From: an uncultured Candidatus Saccharibacteria bacterium | Lineage (GTDB): Bacteria; Patescibacteriota; Saccharimonadia; Saccharimonadales; CAIOMD01 | Direction of reading: 5' to 3' | NCBI GenBank assembly: GCA_964566135.1 | Contig: CAZMHM010000002.1 | Location: 1,925 to 65,924, forward strand | DNA: 64,000 bases | Part shown: positions 63,401 through 64,000 of the stretch, one piece after another | Layout: every line of letters starts with the position of its first letter | How positions within the stretch are numbered: position 1 is the stretch's first letter | The notes under the pieces: generated by a model | What the model was told of the DNA's origin: nothing | The model's input: only the letters and a program-made list of their open reading frames with translations | Database searches by the model: none | Made by a program: the position numbers and the translations under genes

Positions 63401-64000
63401 GGGCGTCACAGGTTACGACAACTTTGATATCAAGTTTCTTGCCAAGCTCAATCACTTTTTCGTTAATGGTTTGTTGCTCTTTGTTAGGGATAGGATTATC
63501 GGGGTGGCCATGATCTTGGATTTCGAGGTAATATCGGTCACCAAACACTTTTTTATACCATTTGGCGATTTTCTCGGCTGCTTCACCCTGGCCTTCTTTT
63601 AAGGCATTGCCAATTTCTCCACCCATGCAAGCACTGAGTGCAATCAGACCTTCGTTGTATTCCTCTAATAAGTCATGGTCAACGCGCGGGAAGTAATAAT
63701 AGCCATCAAGATTCGCTTTTGTAGAAAGACGCATGAGGTTCTGATAACCAGTGTTGTTCATGGCAAGCAAGATAAGGTGAAAACGGTTTTTGTCTTTCTG
63801 TGGGTCTTTGTCAGTATGCTTCCTGGTTGCAACATAGGTTTCAAGCCCAATAATCGGCTTGATGCCGCGAGCCTTAGCCTCTTTATAGAACTCTATTGTT
63901 CCACTTAACGTACCATGGTCTGTCATCGCGACAGCTTCCATTCCCTGTTCTTTGACAAAATCTAATAGCGCACCAATCTTGGTGAGACCATCAAGCAGAC
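60402..64000 (-). CDS. dnaE: DNA polymerase III alpha subunit (N-terminus runs off the window's right edge)
   Basis: PHP domain, polymerase core and OB fold are present. The frame stays open to position 64000; the in-frame residues LLDGLTKIGALLDFVKEQG precede the Met listed in the track. Confidence 0.95.
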   Translation of the reverse strand, partial: LLDGLTKIGALLDFVKEQGMEAVAMTDHGTLSGTIEFYKEAKARGIKPIIGLETYVATRKHTDKDPQKDKNRFHLILLAMNNTGYQNLMRLSTKANLDGYYYFPRVDHDLLEEYNEGLIALSACMGGEIGNALKEGQGEAAEKIAKWYKKVFGDRYYLEIQDHGHPDNPIPNKEQQTINEKVIELGKKLDIKVVVTCDAHYLKHEDQEAHEILLCVGTGSYLSDTNRMSLKDFPLHVTEPKEIIERWGSEHPDVITNTKAIADRCNVDIELGKILIPKFPVPKGETEKSYLHTLVYQGLAFRYGGVHESDSKTLSIDESKAKLPEDILTRAEYELGVIDKMGFNGYFLIIWDFIKWGKDNGIVFGPGRGSAAGSIIAFSLKITELDPLKYDLLFERFLNPDRISMPDIDIDIQDTRRDEVIQYCVEKYGSDRVANIVTFGRMAARAAVRDVARVLQVPYGDADRLAKMIPPPVQGRHIPLEKSIVENADLKAEYEKNPTAKLVFDMAIRLEGTVRSHGIHAAGVVIAPDEIVKFVPLEMAQKGVVSTQYPMGPIEELGLLKMDFLGLSNLTTIKNALRIVKKVYGVEIDIDTLPLDDVKTYELLGRGDSTGVFQLESAGMKRYLKELKPSTFEDIIAMVALYRPGPMQFIDSFIARKHGEEAISYLHPKMENALGSTYGVLVYQEQFMQISKDVSGFTGGQADTLRKAVGKKNIDLMRKVKPEFIEGGVKNSGADPLLMEKFWDQLEEFANYCFNKSHAACYALVAYWTAYLKAHYPAAFMAAVMTSDFDDTDRLAIEISECKHMNIKVLPPDVNESYHEFGVVPHQENEPLQIRFGMDAIKNVGHGAVAEIIRAREEGGPFTSIADFIARVNGRLVNKKVWESLTKAGAFDRFADRGAILENIDTIIAIAAKLNKDQKIGQTDLFGGDGDTAAPMFTIEIPPSTGVFGEHEYLQWERELLGLYLSSHPLEAYDAFLTEQAVPLSLITGNADGKTAIVGGTINDIRQITTKNGQPMAFVKLEDIMGDERELVVFPTVYKDTADAWNKEKILLVTGKVNGLDRSGVVMQEAKILVDSARIVPIDEARAYARAGLKPELGTPKVRKKSAGRAAAEAAKPATTKSTKEQERLYIRLQDTSDGKTLEKLKSILDDFSGKHEAVLVLGGADKQIIKLPQRVGDSPEMVLSLQKLVGKEHIKFQ

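Overview
This 64-kb window is almost entirely coding and mostly on the minus strand. It looks like a small-genome bacterium with a Gram-positive-type envelope. Housekeeping genes include fusA (partial), rpsG, rpsL, rpoC, rpoB, clpP, tig, hisS, tyrS, tRNA-Leu, rsmD, recG, a class A PBP, radA, clpC, nusA, pepN, rnhB, rplS, a malic enzyme and dnaE (partial). Together with a sortase, a PilB-type ATPase, a WhiB-like regulator and a DNPH1-type nucleotide-salvage enzyme, this suggests a Patescibacteria/CPR, Saccharibacteria-like organism. That assignment is inference and cannot be proven from this window. No rRNA, CRISPR array, integrase or transposase was seen. The main accessory region is about 14.6 kb (30470-45083) between radA and clpC. 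It encodes a 2412-aa Sec-signal RHS/YD-repeat polymorphic toxin with three PA14 domains, an unusual Ala/Val-rich hydrophobic segment and a C-terminal PD-ExK nuclease-like module. Three small immunity-like genes follow it. The same region carries a 1232-aa vWA/Cna-B-like surface protein with a non-canonical LVNTG sorting signal, its sortase, and an HExxH membrane protein. Other points worth a second look:
- Perfect CIRCE (HrcA) operators overlap the -35 boxes of both clpP and clpC.
- A roughly 0.5-kb GC-rich, GC3-biased gene lies between a VanY-type peptidase gene and rplS, probably acquired horizontally.
- The rpsL-rpsG-fusA operon is interrupted by a terminator and three unknown small genes.
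- The 3' end of tRNA-Leu is duplicated inside the terminator-flanked tyrS leader.
- A terminator hairpin sits in the nusA leader.
- Several genes have a -10 box 6-7 nt upstream of an ATG with no Shine-Dalgarno sequence, suggesting leaderless mRNAs.
All functional calls come from motif reading by eye; no database search was run.
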